Shown piece after piece: positions 37,341-50,969 of a stretch of 64,000 nucleotides of DNA; the first letter of the stretch is position 1; each line of letters begins with the position of its first letter. The translations under genes and the position numbers were made by a program. The notes under the pieces were generated by a model, which worked only from the letters and a program-made list of their open reading frames with translations, had not been told where the DNA came from and ran no database searches. The DNA comes from Paragordius varius (taxonomy: Eukaryota > Animalia > Nematomorpha), in assembly GCA_964247055.1 (NCBI GenBank), contig OZ176052.1, forward strand, positions 3,038,001-3,102,000, in the 5' to 3' direction.

Positions 37341-40300
37341 ATGGAAAACATTAGGGTCGCCGTGAGGGCCCGTCCTCTTTTGAAAAATGAAATTTCGAAT
37401 AACGAAAAAAACGCATTAAAGGTATCTCATTTTTTATGTGAAGAACACAGATTCTACCTTATTAATTACAAATTACGTTAAAAACACTACAAAACAATTT
37501 ACTTTTGATTATATTTTTGGTCCTGACTACGATCAAAATAATTTATATGATACTGTAGCTAAACCACTGGTTGATAATGTATTGAGTGGATATAATGGTT
37601 TGATTTTATTTTAATGACAGGGACTATTATTGCATATGGGCAGACTGGGGCAGGGAAAAGTTTTACCATGTTTGGATCTTCAAATAAATATGGAATTATC
37701 CCACTTGCCTGTTCTCATATTTTTGATCATATAAATAAATCAGACAATAAAAAGTTGTTTATTTTGTATAATTATAGATTTCTAGTCAGAGCATCATATC
37801 TTGAGGTTTATAATGAAGAAATTAAAGATTTATTGTCCAAAGAAACAAACAAAAAGCTTGAAGTAAAGGAAAGACCTGAATCCGGTGTATATATCAAGAA
37901 TCTTGCGACATTTATTGTTAACAATAAAGAAGATCTTATTCATCTTATTCAACTTGGCAATAAAAATAGTATTTATATTTTTTATCAATAATTTAAATAT
38001 TTCATTTTCATCACATTTTATGAACAATTGTGTATCAACTCTTTTATAAAATGTTTAAATAATATAAATTTTAACGTTATTTTAAAGAAAACTTAAAAAA
38101 ATCGCGCAACAACTTAAATTTTTGGTAAAAACATTTAATTTGAAATATAACTTATAAATAGTAAAAAAATAGTTTAGTTTGAAGCATTTAGCTTTTTAAA
38201 ATATTCCCCTATATACGTATTCAAAGATTTTTTAGCTACTTACAAAAATTACATAATACCTTTTTGTGAATTCGATAACTATCCTAAATAAACCAGAGGC
38301 TATATATTTTTTCTATAAAATTTCTATAATAGCGCCTGTTTAAATTAAATAATTTTTACATTCAAATTAGATATAAATCATATATTTTCAATAACATAAA
38401 CTTTCCTTTTTGATGTTAAAATAAAAGGGGCCACAGGACTTACCAATATGAATGAACATAGTAGTCGATCACATGCAATTTTCAGCATAACTGTTGAATG
38501 CAATGAACAACTCTCGACAGTTCCAATCGATAACCCTGGTCATAAAAAAGGTCTTTATTGTTAATTTAAGGTTGTGATGTTAAATGTTTAAATGGGTATA
38601 ATAATGTATTAATAAAAATTGGCATTATATAGACAAAACGGAAAAGTACGACATATTTTTTTTATTTAAATAGCTATACTTTGAATCTTGATTTTTATAG
38701 AGCCTAAATAATTGCAATTGAGTGTGTTACTAATTTACATCTATATTCCCTATTTTAAAATTTAAAATGATTTTACTGTATATTATCAACAAATAATAAA
38801 AATTCTTTATTAATGTTAGTTTTTTACCATTTATATTTTAGATAGTTTTGACTGTTATTTTAAATGGTTAAAATTATGAATGCATCTTAAAATGCATAAT
38901 TAAACGGCGATACCCAACCACCTATTAATAATTCATAACATATATTAATATAGACTTAAACCAAATTTCATTGAAACAAAGTTTTTAACAATCAAAACAA
39001 TATTGATTGCAAAACATAATTTTTCCAATCAATTGTTGTTATATATTTATTTGTCTCCTCTAGACTCTTCACATACTTGGATGGGGAAATTACATTTGGT
39101 TGATTTAGCTGGTTCAGAGCGTCTCGATAAAAGTCAGGCCGACACACATGGCCAAAAACGATTACGTGAAACGACGAAAATTAATTTTTCACTTTCATGC
39201 TTGGGTAATGTTGTTTCTGCCATTCTTGGTGCTCAGCGCAATCAAAGTAACGTTGTAACATCTCAAACAACTCAAACTAGTAATGAGACCGACAAAAATT
39301 CAAATGGGTCAGTTTTTTATTTGCTTACAAAAATGTATTTTATGCTTTTGAAAAATGAAATTTAAATGATATTAAAATGTTAAATTAAATAATTGTTTCA
39401 AATGTGTATAGCTAGTTACAATCAAATTATAAAGAAAAAACGAAAATTAAACAGTAAATACTTTTTAAAAACATTTATATTGGTTAAATTTATTTTAATG
39501 CTTTGTAACTTATATTTGTTGTTAAATAAGGGATAAAAAATTGTAACACACATCATAATTAATTATTATTAGCATGTATATAATTGTGTGTAATTTTTAC
39601 GTTTATTTATAATTAAATTATTATAATTCCTAATATTGTTGCAAATACTTAGCGTGGGTCCATCAAATACCTGTCACATACCATATAGAGATTCAAAATT
39701 AACGCACATACTAAAGGATTCTCTGGGAGGAAATTCCAAAACCATAATGATAGCTAACATTGGACCGGCCGAATCCAATTATGAAGAAAGTATAAGGTAT
39801 AGAGTAGTATTTTAATCTTTTTGACCAATATATAAAGTTTTTGGTCATTTCATGGGGTAATTATTTACGCAAGTACTGAGTATTAAAGATTTAGGTTTCC
39901 CAATGTGTAAAAAATATGTTTTTGTATATATTGATTTTATTCGAATTTTTATACTGCTGCGAAACGTCCGCATATATATAAAATTAATTTTTTATTTTTC
40001 TAAATTTATTGTTCCTAGTATTTTAACAATTATTGACTCATTTATTCAAACATTAGCACCCTAAGATACGCACAACGTGTAAAATCAATCCAAAACAAAG
40101 CCATAATTAACGAAGATCCGAAAGATGCCCTGCTAAAACGATATCAGACTGAGATTGATGCCTTAAAACAGCTTTTGCAAACAAAAGATAATGAACCCAT
40201 TTTGACTTCAGATCAGTTTGATGGTGGAGAGAAGCAAGGTTTACTTGAAAATGATTCAATTCGTATATTAATTTATATTAAAAATAAAAATTGGGGGTCC

Positions 40301-43041
40301 CATTTTTCAAATTAAAAATAAGTTGTATCTTTATTTTTTCACATATCTAATACGATTTAAGCTGTTAAATACGGGCTATAAAATATGGTTGTAAGTGAGC
40401 CACATAATTTTAAACTCACATATATTGTGTGTAATAAATAATGATTTTAATGTATGGTGACTCTTGTCTTTTCCAATGCGTATTGCATCTTTGATTTACC
40501 AACTTTACTTATTTTACGTCATATCTAATAAACAATACTGTTTATAGAGAGGGATTTAAAGTATTAAAATAGTTACATGCCATGGGGACTATATGTTTTA
40601 TTATTAACAGACAATAAACTTAGATTTCAAAAAAACAGATAGCTTTCTTCTAATTTTAACGATATTTCAATTTCTTCCTTTTACCACGTTTTACTCTAAA
40701 ATGCATACCTTTTTTTGTCCCAAATATGGCAGATAAATCGTCGAGTAAAACAACCAAGAAGAAAAAATTATCATTAAAAACTTTGGAATTAAACTTGGCA
40801 CATGAACGTGACCTTATTACCCAACGCAAGGATTTACACGATGAGGAAAAACAAATCTTGGAACGAAAATTGGCTCAACGTGAAACTCAACTCTTGGATG
40901 CACGTTTGGAACGGGATGCCTTAACACAAAAATTAAATTTGTTGGAACAAAAAATTTGTATTGGTCATTCTAAAAACGCTTCTACTACCCTCTTAAGTGG
41001 CTCTATTGCAAAAACAGGTAAATCATGAAAATTGGTGTGGTATTTAGGATATTTCTGGAACAATATAGGTGTTTTACATATATTTTCCGCATATCAGGGG
41101 TGTCCAACAGATATATCTTTGCGACGGCTTTGATAATTGTTTTTTTATTATTTTGAACAATGACATATTTTCTAAACGTATTTTAATTTAAATCCAATTT
41201 TAAATTTTTATACCATTTTTTAGAGCGCTTTTACGTACAAAAAAATATGTTAAACATTTGAACATTCCTGATATCTCTATACAAGATGGACTTCTGTTTT
41301 ACAATTTCTAACTTAATTACATTATATTATTGTAGTTTAAACTTATTGACTTAAAAAAATTATACAAAATTCTAAATGTATATACAAATTAATTAGTTAA
41401 TACAGTAACCGACGACACGAAAAACGAAAATGGATATTACAAACCATATGATAATGATAAAAATTTTGGGATAAATGATGAAGGTATTATACTATTTATG
41501 CCTTAATTAATTTTGACATATACATACACATTAAATCATCAAACATCTGCATGTTTTTAAAAAAAACGCGACTAAACTTTTTTAAAAAAAATAAATTAAA
41601 ATCTTATTATATATAATTGGTATAAAATTGCAAAAATTATTTTGTGTCAATCCCAACTAAATTATATTTAAGGAAAAAAATAAGTTTGATAAAAAACTTT
41701 CAACTTGTATTTGAATATAAGGAAGTGTTTTGCCTGTTTTTGCGCATAGATGGTATTTAAGTGGCTGATACATAACAAAAAAAGTTAAAATACAGGCTAC
41801 TCAAAAATATTCCTCACAAATGTTGGTTTTACAGTTTTGATAAAAACAATTTAAATATCATTTTTGTTTATATATTTAGATCACCGCTTGGAAGAATTGA
41901 TAAATAGTCTTGAATATGGACCTGATATTGGAACCGATGTTGATGATCCCTTTAATTTGGCTAACATTGAAAGACAACTAAGAGCCACAGAGGCTGAGTT
42001 AGAGGATAGGTTGGTTTTAAAATATTTATATAACTATTTTCAAAATTGTCATTGTTAAATATATTTTTATGAGTAAAGTAAATAAATGATAATTTAGAAG
42101 TGTCGTTATCATAAGGTTTGGCTTTTATACATAAATTTGGGTATCCTAATATAATAACATTTTTTAATTTAAAGACCGATTTAGAAAATCGAAAATTTAT
42201 TTTGTTACTATAATTTTTTATTTTTAACTTAATCGGGATTTTATAAAAAATATAAGGTATTTTGGCCTGATTTTTTTAAAACAAATAGATTAAAACATTT
42301 ATTTTATTACAGAACTAAACGGCGACAAGAATTATCGACAGTTTTGCAACAAACTCAAGCCACTAAAATTTCGATGGAAATGCATTATGAAGCCCTTAAA
42401 GACCAACTCAAAACTAAAAATGAAAAATGTACCATATTATTGGAGGAGCTTGTTAATGCAAAATCTAAAGTATTTTTATTTTTTATGCTCTATTATTAAT
42501 AAAATATAGGTTTTCTGACCAGATATAGATATATTGAACATTATATATCTAAATTATTTGAAACATACAAATATACAGTCGAATATTTGTCTAAAAATAG
42601 GTCCGCACAAAAATTTAAATTTAAAATACAAAAATATGGTTATGTTTACCAAAATAGTAAATACACAATAAGAGGTGTGATTATTAAACAGATCCGAATA
42701 AAATATTTTTAAGAACCATCCTTATGATTTTTTAATTAAAACCTAAACTATTAACACATATTTATATGTTTTTGCTATTTATTTAAACGTTTTTCTTTGA
42801 ATAATTAATTTTATTATATTTTTTTATTATATTAACTATTCTTTTCTTTATTCACTTTTGGTTTCTTTAGTTAAAAGACATCAAGAGAGAACATGCGATA
42901 AAGGTTGAGAATTTACGAACGAAATTAGCCGAACTTGATAAGGATAACAAATTATATGCAGCTATTGTAGACGATTTTTTACCCAGGCCAGTCGCGACGG
43001 AAAATGAGTTTATATTATCTTTGGAAAGAGATTTTATTAAA

Positions 43042-43085
<44 letters not shown>

Positions 43086-44898
43086 ATTTCAATAATGTGT
43101 GATAATTCACATGTTGCCAATTTATTTGGTATAATATGAGAGAACACGGGTTTTTTTGAGTTTTTTTCAAAACCGTTCTGGTGGAGGAATATGTTTTTAA
43201 ATTTTTATTTTAATACAAATATATGCATTCTTTTAATCATATATCCTGAATAAATTTTTTGGCTTATATGTTTACTTTTATAATCGCTTTTCATCAAAAA
43301 TTAGCAATTTCTTAGCTTTTAAGATGGCTAAATCCAAACCGTTTGATCAAAAAAACGTTAGAACTGAAATTAAATCTTTTAATTAAATTTTTTAAACCAT
43401 GATGATCATTTTTGAAGCCGCTTTCCTAAAAAAGGGGAAATCAATTGAAACCTAATAAATAACATACTTTTAACTTATATGATTTAGCACTCAACACAAT
43501 ATAGATTATCAAGAATTAATACGTAAACATAGTACTTGGAATGCAAGCGATCAAACGTGGCAAGTCAAATGTATAGCTTACACTGGAAACCATTTAATCG
43601 ATTCTGACGAGGAGGATGCCCCTTACAATCAAATAGGGAACTCAGATTTTCAGGATACTTTGAATAATTATGGTTTCAACAATTTTTTCACATATCGTTT
43701 TAAATTTTTTACTTTTTTTGAAATAAGAAAGAGAGAAAAGGAATGAAGAGCACAGATTTTCAAAATAATGAGATAGACCCTCAATTTGTTCGTATATCGT
43801 TTTTATATTTCATATCTTTTATGAAACTAACGAAAATGACCTACAATCAAATAAGGAACTCAGATTTACAGGATATTTTGAATGATGGTATTCTTTTATA
43901 CCAATACGATAAAAAAATTTTTTTACTGCTTTTTGCAAGTAAAAAGTTGTTTTATGAAATAGTGATTTTTATTTAGTAATATAGGGCTTTAGAGATTTAT
44001 CAACCATTAATCACTACTATTGTTTATGTAATATTAAATTATATTTTCTTGAAAATGAAGATAAAAATTATTGACCCTTGAGTTAGTGAGAATTGAAACT
44101 CGTATAAATTTTATTTAGAAATATTTTAGTTAACATTTATTTGTTTTAAATGTCTTCTTGCCAACGTTTTCTTCCGTTGATAATATAAAATAAATTTTTG
44201 TAACGAGTGTGGTAGTTTTAAGTAGTTTTGTTTCATAAAAAACTCTTGATTTGTTTCAATAAAGTAATAGTTACTATGATTTAGTTTTTGACCCAAATGA
44301 ACGGCTGGTCAGCTTTTTAATTCCAGTCATTCAAAGTATAATCAGTTGAGAGTTACCATAAATGCAAATATGTCAAAGCCAAATAAAAAATGAATTTAAC
44401 AAATTAGAAAGCTTAATTATTGTCAACGAAATATGTATTCAAAGATCTAAATAATACAAAATTTTTATAGATGTGTCTACACCAATGTCATTGAATAGTT
44501 CATCTAATAATGAATTACCGTATGATGCAAATTCTTTCCCTTTCAAACTTTTTGATACGACAACGAAAGTTAATAAAATAATTTTTTTCCCTAATAAATT
44601 TTTTTTGTCAGGCAATATTTTAATCCTTATGGTTTTAACTTTAATCTATATTATATAGGAAAAAAGTCAATTTATTTCAATGAATGGTTACCTCATGCCT
44701 ATTAAACTTTACCAAATGGTAATATATTATTCAATTTTTAATTTTTTGGATAATGTTTAAAAAATATGGACTATAAAGTTTTTTGTTTTCAATAAAACAG
44801 ACTTATTTTAAATTTTATCTGAGAAATGGTTTATTTTTATGTGATGTAATTTTTTCTTTATCTAATAATAGATATATGGTCCAATGCCTAATTTGTGA
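37341..44898 (+). CDS. KIF3A: Kinesin-II motor subunit, KIF3A-like (3' tail exons less certain)
   Basis: Exons 37341-37421, 37444-37597, 37621-37753, 37778-37968, 38428-38550, 39064-39307, 39653-39796, 40057-40238, 40733-41017, 41406-41483, 41880-42009, 42313-42469, 42871-42986/43007, 43488-43672; tentative 44471-44568, 44659-44718, 44872-44898. P-loop GQTGAGKS, switch I NEHSSRSH, switch [19 protein letters not shown], neck NEDPKDALL. Tail [18 protein letters not shown] resembles the KIF3A tail motif. Confidence 0.85.
41096..41160. mobile_element. Terminal fragment of the caggggtgtccaac hAT MITE family in a kinesin intron
   Basis: Exact 14-bp TIR followed by sequence matching the reverse complement of 14960-15017. 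Confidence 0.6.
43045..43081. repeat. (TA)n microsatellite (other tracts at ~8782, 11345, 12675, 14391, 15548, 19310, 28496, 29465)
   Basis: Direct reading of the dinucleotide runs. Confidence 0.9.
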
Positions 44899-47800
44899 TA
44901 ATCTGATCGAGAATCCCATTTGATCATTAGAATACTCAGTTTTTATACCAAACTAATTTGTGCAATACTACTCCTTTTTATACAAAATTTTTAATTATAT
45001 TTTTAACATTCCATTTTCATATAATATAATAATGTTTTTTTCTATTCCATGCATTCCAATATTTAATTTAAAGATTCAAAGTGCAATAGTTTTATAATAT
45101 ATTAATTTATACATATAATTATATTTTGTCATGCTCTTATATTTTATAGTCACAACAAAACCACTTTAGTCACCAATAAATATAATACAAAAAATTAATA
45201 TCTAAAAATTTAACACTATTTTTTCATTGCTATCTTATGAAAGCCTTTTTTTGATAATTTTACGTGATAAAGTTTAGCTCATACCTTATATTATTACAGG
45301 AGTACAACAACATCTTTTTGCTCCATACTCTAATACGCGTTGGCCTATATTCTGATAATGAGATATTTAAAATATTTTTGTTTTTGCATATATCCTCTGG
45401 CGTTCCCAATTACAATATCTATTAAATAAAGTTCAATTCTCCCAAAAATAATCTACTATGTCATCGCTTATGTTGCATAGTAAATAATTCTTTTCAAATT
45501 CATTTAAGGCCAAGATCTATATAAAAACATTTAAACTTCTCTGATATAAATAATTATGTTTTCACGCAAAATAAATCAAGTTTTTTTCAAGCATAGACTT
45601 GTGACTAATATATTATTTATAGATTGTAAGGATGTTATAATACGTTATATTCCAAACATTTGAAAGTTTTTTAGTAGGTTTTTAACTGGAATAGTTGACT
45701 ACCTTAAGTGTGTTTAATCAATAATGTAAAAAATATGGAAATTATGTATATTGAAATACTTATTTATACCTTGTAATTTACTAAAACATAAAGGCGATTA
45801 ATCATAAACCATTTATAATTTATGGTTTGACGTGACAGAAAAAAATCCTTACAATCAAATAAATGGCTTGAATAAATGTAAAAATACTGCTCCTATAACC
45901 ATTTTTTGTTTTATTATTAATTATTACATATTTTTACTAATATAATAAAAATCTTAAGTTTCTAATTGTTTTTGAAAAAATGACGCCAACTAATTTGATA
46001 TTATTCCTTTTTTAAATCAAAATTATTAGTTGATGCCTAAAATAATTTTAGGTAAACAAAATTTAAATATGCAACTTATCACAAGAATTATAGCTACATT
46101 AACAACTTTACATATTTTTAGTACAATCTATATTTGTATTTAGGGTGGAGGAGTAGCCACCCAGATTTGCGATATTTTTTAAACTCTCGGGATAAATAAC
46201 ACGGTAGAAATAACAAATTGTTTTGAAATTTAACATATTTGATTTTTAATGCGCCGCTTATATTTTAACTTAAAGATAACGGAATCAAACGGATAACTTT
46301 GAATTAAATTCCTTTGCAAATAACAACTTAATTTCGTCGTTTTTAAAAATATAAACTAATTCGATATTAAAGCTGGGTTTCGTACCGCGTCGAAAAAAAT
46401 GGAACCGGGTTGGTTTCTTAAAAGTATAACGGTTTCTAAACCGGGTCTTTACGTTCATAACCCGGTTTCATTTTGGTTTGTGACCTTCTATCATTAATTG
46501 ATATTCATACAACATTTTTAATTACACATATAAATATGTATGATTAAGTATCACAACATTATATAAAATGGCGCGAGATCCTTGTTGTTTTTTATTTAAT
46601 TAGCACTAAATTATACATAATATTGTGTGGGCAGCTGGAATTTTAACCACCAATGTAAGTGTACATAATAAAATTTTTTCGTGAAATCTGTTACCAGAAA
46701 AAAACCGTTTTGAGTACCAATGATATATTTTTCACAATATGATATAGTTTATAGTTATGGTTTTGTTAAAATTTAGGGGTTGTAAAATTATTTAAAGAAG
46801 ATTCTTTAAAATTATAGAAGTATATAATATACAAAGGGATAACCTGGATAAATTTATCTCATTTTGCCTTTTCCTAAGCTAAGAGATTCTGATATTAATT
46901 TATGGTTTTTTCAGAACTTTGGTTTAATTAAGGTAATTATTTTTAATCCAGATAAAGTAATCTAAGTAAATAATTGTGTCTGTGGTTCTCCTAAACTGTT
47001 GCAAAAAAACTGTTTCAACATGCTAATTCCATATCACTCGATAACGAGATAAAAATGTTTAATTGATCATTCCGTTTGGATGAGAAACCAGAAAAAAATT
47101 ATCATACAAAATTAGATACTATTTTAACAATAAAATTTATGTTTTAAAGTAAAACATATGGAGTCACTTATTAAGAAGGTGGAACCGGAACCAAGATGGC
47201 TTCTATCTCACGGGTTCCGGTTTCATCTGGGGTCGGTTCGCTCTACACCAAAGCACCTTTTTTATAAAATTTTAAAACTGTTTAAATGAATAAACTGTTA
47301 AAAGCCGAATAGTAAAATCAGACATTTTTTAGTATCCTTAAATTCACAAAAGAATTTGACTAAAAATATTGATTTTTTAATTGATATCTGCTTATTTATA
47401 TGATTTTGATCCTCACGTAAAAGATAATATTAATATTTGAGCACAATTCATATTTATACTACATAAATATTACATTTAATAGAGGGGTTCATTTACTCTA
47501 AATTGTATCCAATAAATAATTTATAAAAATAAAATGTTTTATTAGATTTATACATTAATATGAATAAAGATTATATTTTCAAAATATGACTACAAGTAAA
47601 TAATGACATAAAAATATAAAAATGTTTAAATTCAAAATTAAACTAATTTTATTAATTTATTTGGGGAATATGCATATTAAAATGACAGTTTATTAATGTA
47701 CCCTAAAATTACCCTTAATCTTTTATAAATATTTGCAGTATTATTAATTTAAGGGAAAATAACGGAACTTCTTGTTTGAAAAATATTGGTATTATTTGTA

Positions 47801-48679
47801 AAAGGGCTGAGAAAAACTAATTCTTATAATTTAAATTTTTGAAACAACCATTGTAACTAAACTAAAAAAAATATTTAGGATTACTATGATATTATTATTT
47901 ATATTATAATTACAATTTTAATTATTGTTTAAAGTGTTATATTAATTAAAATTTTTTATTTTATTGGTACAATTTTCATCTCAAAATTTTGGAATCAGAC
48001 GGTTTTTATTATACAAGTCAGTAATAAACAAGCTAGTATTATTAATTTTATACATAGGACTAACATTAAATAGCGATATGGGTTTAATAATAGTGCAAAT
48101 AATTTACGCTTTTTCTTTCTAGCCAATAGAAATGCTCTTTACTGTATATGCTATCTACAAATATTAAATGAAAACGAGCAATGTATTTTAACTCACACTC
48201 TAATCTAAAGTAAATAGGATGGTTTGTGTTTATAATTCCATATGCCGTTTTCATAAGATTAAAAATGCGTATATTTTGACCACAAGAAGTTCTGATTTTT
48301 CCTTTTAAATAATTAACAACATATACTATATATTTTTGGATCCATGATATGTGACCCTTAATATGACATTTATTTTAATAATAAAAATAAGTAATTATAC
48401 AATAATTAATATGGTAAAAATGTGTTATTTTTCAATTTTGGATAAAAATAAACCTATATTAACATGCATTTAACATCACCTAACATGTTATTAATGACAA
48501 AAATAAAGGATTATATATTATATTAAATGCGGATGAGATTTCAGAGGTATTGAAAATAATTAATCTATTGCTAAATGATAAGGCTAAACAGTTAAAAATA
48601 GGTAAAAAAACTATTTAAAGTAAATTTTTGTTTAAAACAATATAAAAACAGCATAAGTTAAGGTAAAACAACACTTTTA

Positions 48680-49876
48680 TCACTTTTTAAAACTATATCT
48701 ACTCTTTGATCCCATACTAAATTTCATTGTATCTATAATCCAATTCCAATTACGCTGCAGAATTTGGCCAAACACTTCAGCTACCTTACGATCCGAATAA
48801 AGGCAAATTAAAAAGTTACAACAATTATCTATGACACTTAGGAAATACAAAATGGACACAAGGAAATTTATCGGACGCGTGAATTTGATTTGAGCGAAAT
48901 GCATCACTGTATACATTATGGATAGAGGCGATGAACATATAATGTACACTAAGATAATGGCACATGTCAGGTTAAGGATGCGTTTATTATCCTGTTTAAT
49001 CTTCAATTCGGCCGCATTGATTGCCATTCTATTGTGTTCAGATGTTAGAGCTGTTTTAGCCGACTCCAACGTTTTATGTTTAATGGCACGATAAAAACGA
49101 TTCTTCATAAAGTTTTTGACGTGATGAAAGATTTGTACATTAAGGTACACCAATATAATCAAAGGTATGTAAGAGGTTATAAATTCACAAACCACCAAAA
49201 AGTTATTAAGGTTAGGATATATGTGTGTAATTCTATACATATATTTCCCAGTTCTGATTTGTTTCCCTCCCACACATTCTAACACTTCAATGACTTGAAA
49301 ACGACATTCATGAAGTATGGTTAACACCAGGCTAACTCCAAAACAAAAGCCTAAAAGTGTCATTACGCGTTGTTTATTAACCAAAAATTTGTAACGGAGT
49401 CCATACTTTATCGCAATAAAACGATCGATAGACATGAGAATAATGATAAAATCACAAAACCGTTTAATGGTAAACATGATGCTTTGTATAAGGTAAACTT
49501 GGATAATGTTATATATTTTAGAGTGCATACACTTTTTACCAGAGTATAATACATAGAAATGGTAGGGATAAAATATGCATAATAAACATGTGATGATATC
49601 ACAATAACTCAATATCCGTATATAGAAATGGGCTAAATGTTTCGGTTTAATTTCATCCAATACACTGAGCATTATATAATTTCCGCAAAGTCCAAAAAGA
49701 CACATCATAAGACCCAACGTACCCCAAAGAACCAAGAAAAACTGGAGAAATGTTTTATCGGTGAAAAAATTGTGAGGATGTGTACTACCATTACATAGAT
49801 CAGAGGTCGATAATAGCACCGATTGAAGAGTCGATGATAGATTTGTAGCAGAAGGCAAATAGATTGAAAGATTCAT
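48680..49876 (-). CDS. Intronless class A (rhodopsin-like) peptide GPCR, FMRFamide/myosuppressin-receptor-like orphan
   Basis: 398-aa ORF with N-terminal N-glycosylation sequons (NLS, NGS), seven hydrophobic segments, TM1 GN, TM2 L..CD, TM3 MSIDRFIAI, TM6 C..P, TM7 DNCCNFLI. Confidence 0.9.
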   Translation of the reverse strand: MNLSIYLPSATNLSSTLQSVLLSTSDLCNGSTHPHNFFTDKTFLQFFLVLWGTLGLMMCLFGLCGNYIMLSVLDEIKPKHLAHFYIRILSYCDIITCLLCIFYPYHFYVLYSGKKCMHSKIYNIIQVYLIQSIMFTIKRFCDFIIILMSIDRFIAIKYGLRYKFLVNKQRVMTLLGFCFGVSLVLTILHECRFQVIEVLECVGGKQIRTGKYMYRITHIYPNLNNFLVVCEFITSYIPLIILVYLNVQIFHHVKNFMKNRFYRAIKHKTLESAKTALTSEHNRMAINAAELKIKQDNKRILNLTCAIILVYIICSSPLSIMYTVMHFAQIKFTRPINFLVSILYFLSVIDNCCNFLICLYSDRKVAEVFGQILQRNWNWIIDTMKFSMGSKSRYSFKK

Positions 49877-50969
49877 CGAATATAAATAAATTGTTTGAGG
49901 TTTTTGTACCTTGAAATTAATATGTGTGTGAGGTAAGAAATAAAAGAAAATTTGAATAAATTTTTTAGTTTTTTCTAAAGAGTTTTATACAGCTAGCAGA
50001 CACTTTTAGAAGGTTTTTGGGGGTGGTGTCTCGTTAAAAATCGAATCAATCATTTTTTCGTTCGAATAGAAAAGTTTTATTATCTAATCTAACAAAAAAA
50101 GTTGAGAAATTATGGTGTCTGGTTCATATAATATTATACGCATGTTAAATTTTGGCTCATATTTTAGGATGGATATGGTATTTCAATTACAATGATGTTG
50201 CTTAGGGCTATGTGAAATAAAATAAATTACATAAGCAAGTATATTTATCATATCAAACATTATGTTTTTAACATAATTCTAGCCTTTTCTAATCTAAAAT
50301 TTTATCTATAAAAGTGTACTTCCAAATTCATAAATTATTAATATCTTAACATCCATCTATTAGCAATGAGCTGCCCTTAATTAGTTTTTAAGTTAAATGA
50401 TAGCTATAAAACAAAAAACAACCCAATTAAACTTGCATTTTAGATAATTTAAATTCACCTTTTACGTAGATTTAAAAATTAATGTAATTTTATACAAAAC
50501 TCTTCGATTTCGAACTGATATTTTATCTAATTTTATGTACTATAATAATCACCTAATTCTATAAAAGGAGTATTTATTAATTTTTTGATTACACACCTAA
50601 AAACATTATTGTATATATCAAGATAGGTCTAAAATGGAACAAACATCTTATATATATCTTAAACTGGTATTAAACAGCTCTAGTTTATTTATCATTATAA
50701 AGGATAGTGTTAATAAGAACGGGAAATTATGGAATCCTATTATACAGATAAACGTTTACAAATAACTGCTCTTCTACCGTTCTGAAACCATTTTTAGTGG
50801 ACCGCGGTTCCAAAAAATATTATTTATGCCAATTTTTTATATTTGACACAATGTCAAGCTTATTCATACAAAATTTTTAATGTACACGGGGGCCAAAGAC
50901 AATTTCCAGTATTTAGTCATAAGTCTTTACCGGTTTTTCAGTAAAAGTAATTTTTAAGGGAATTCAATT

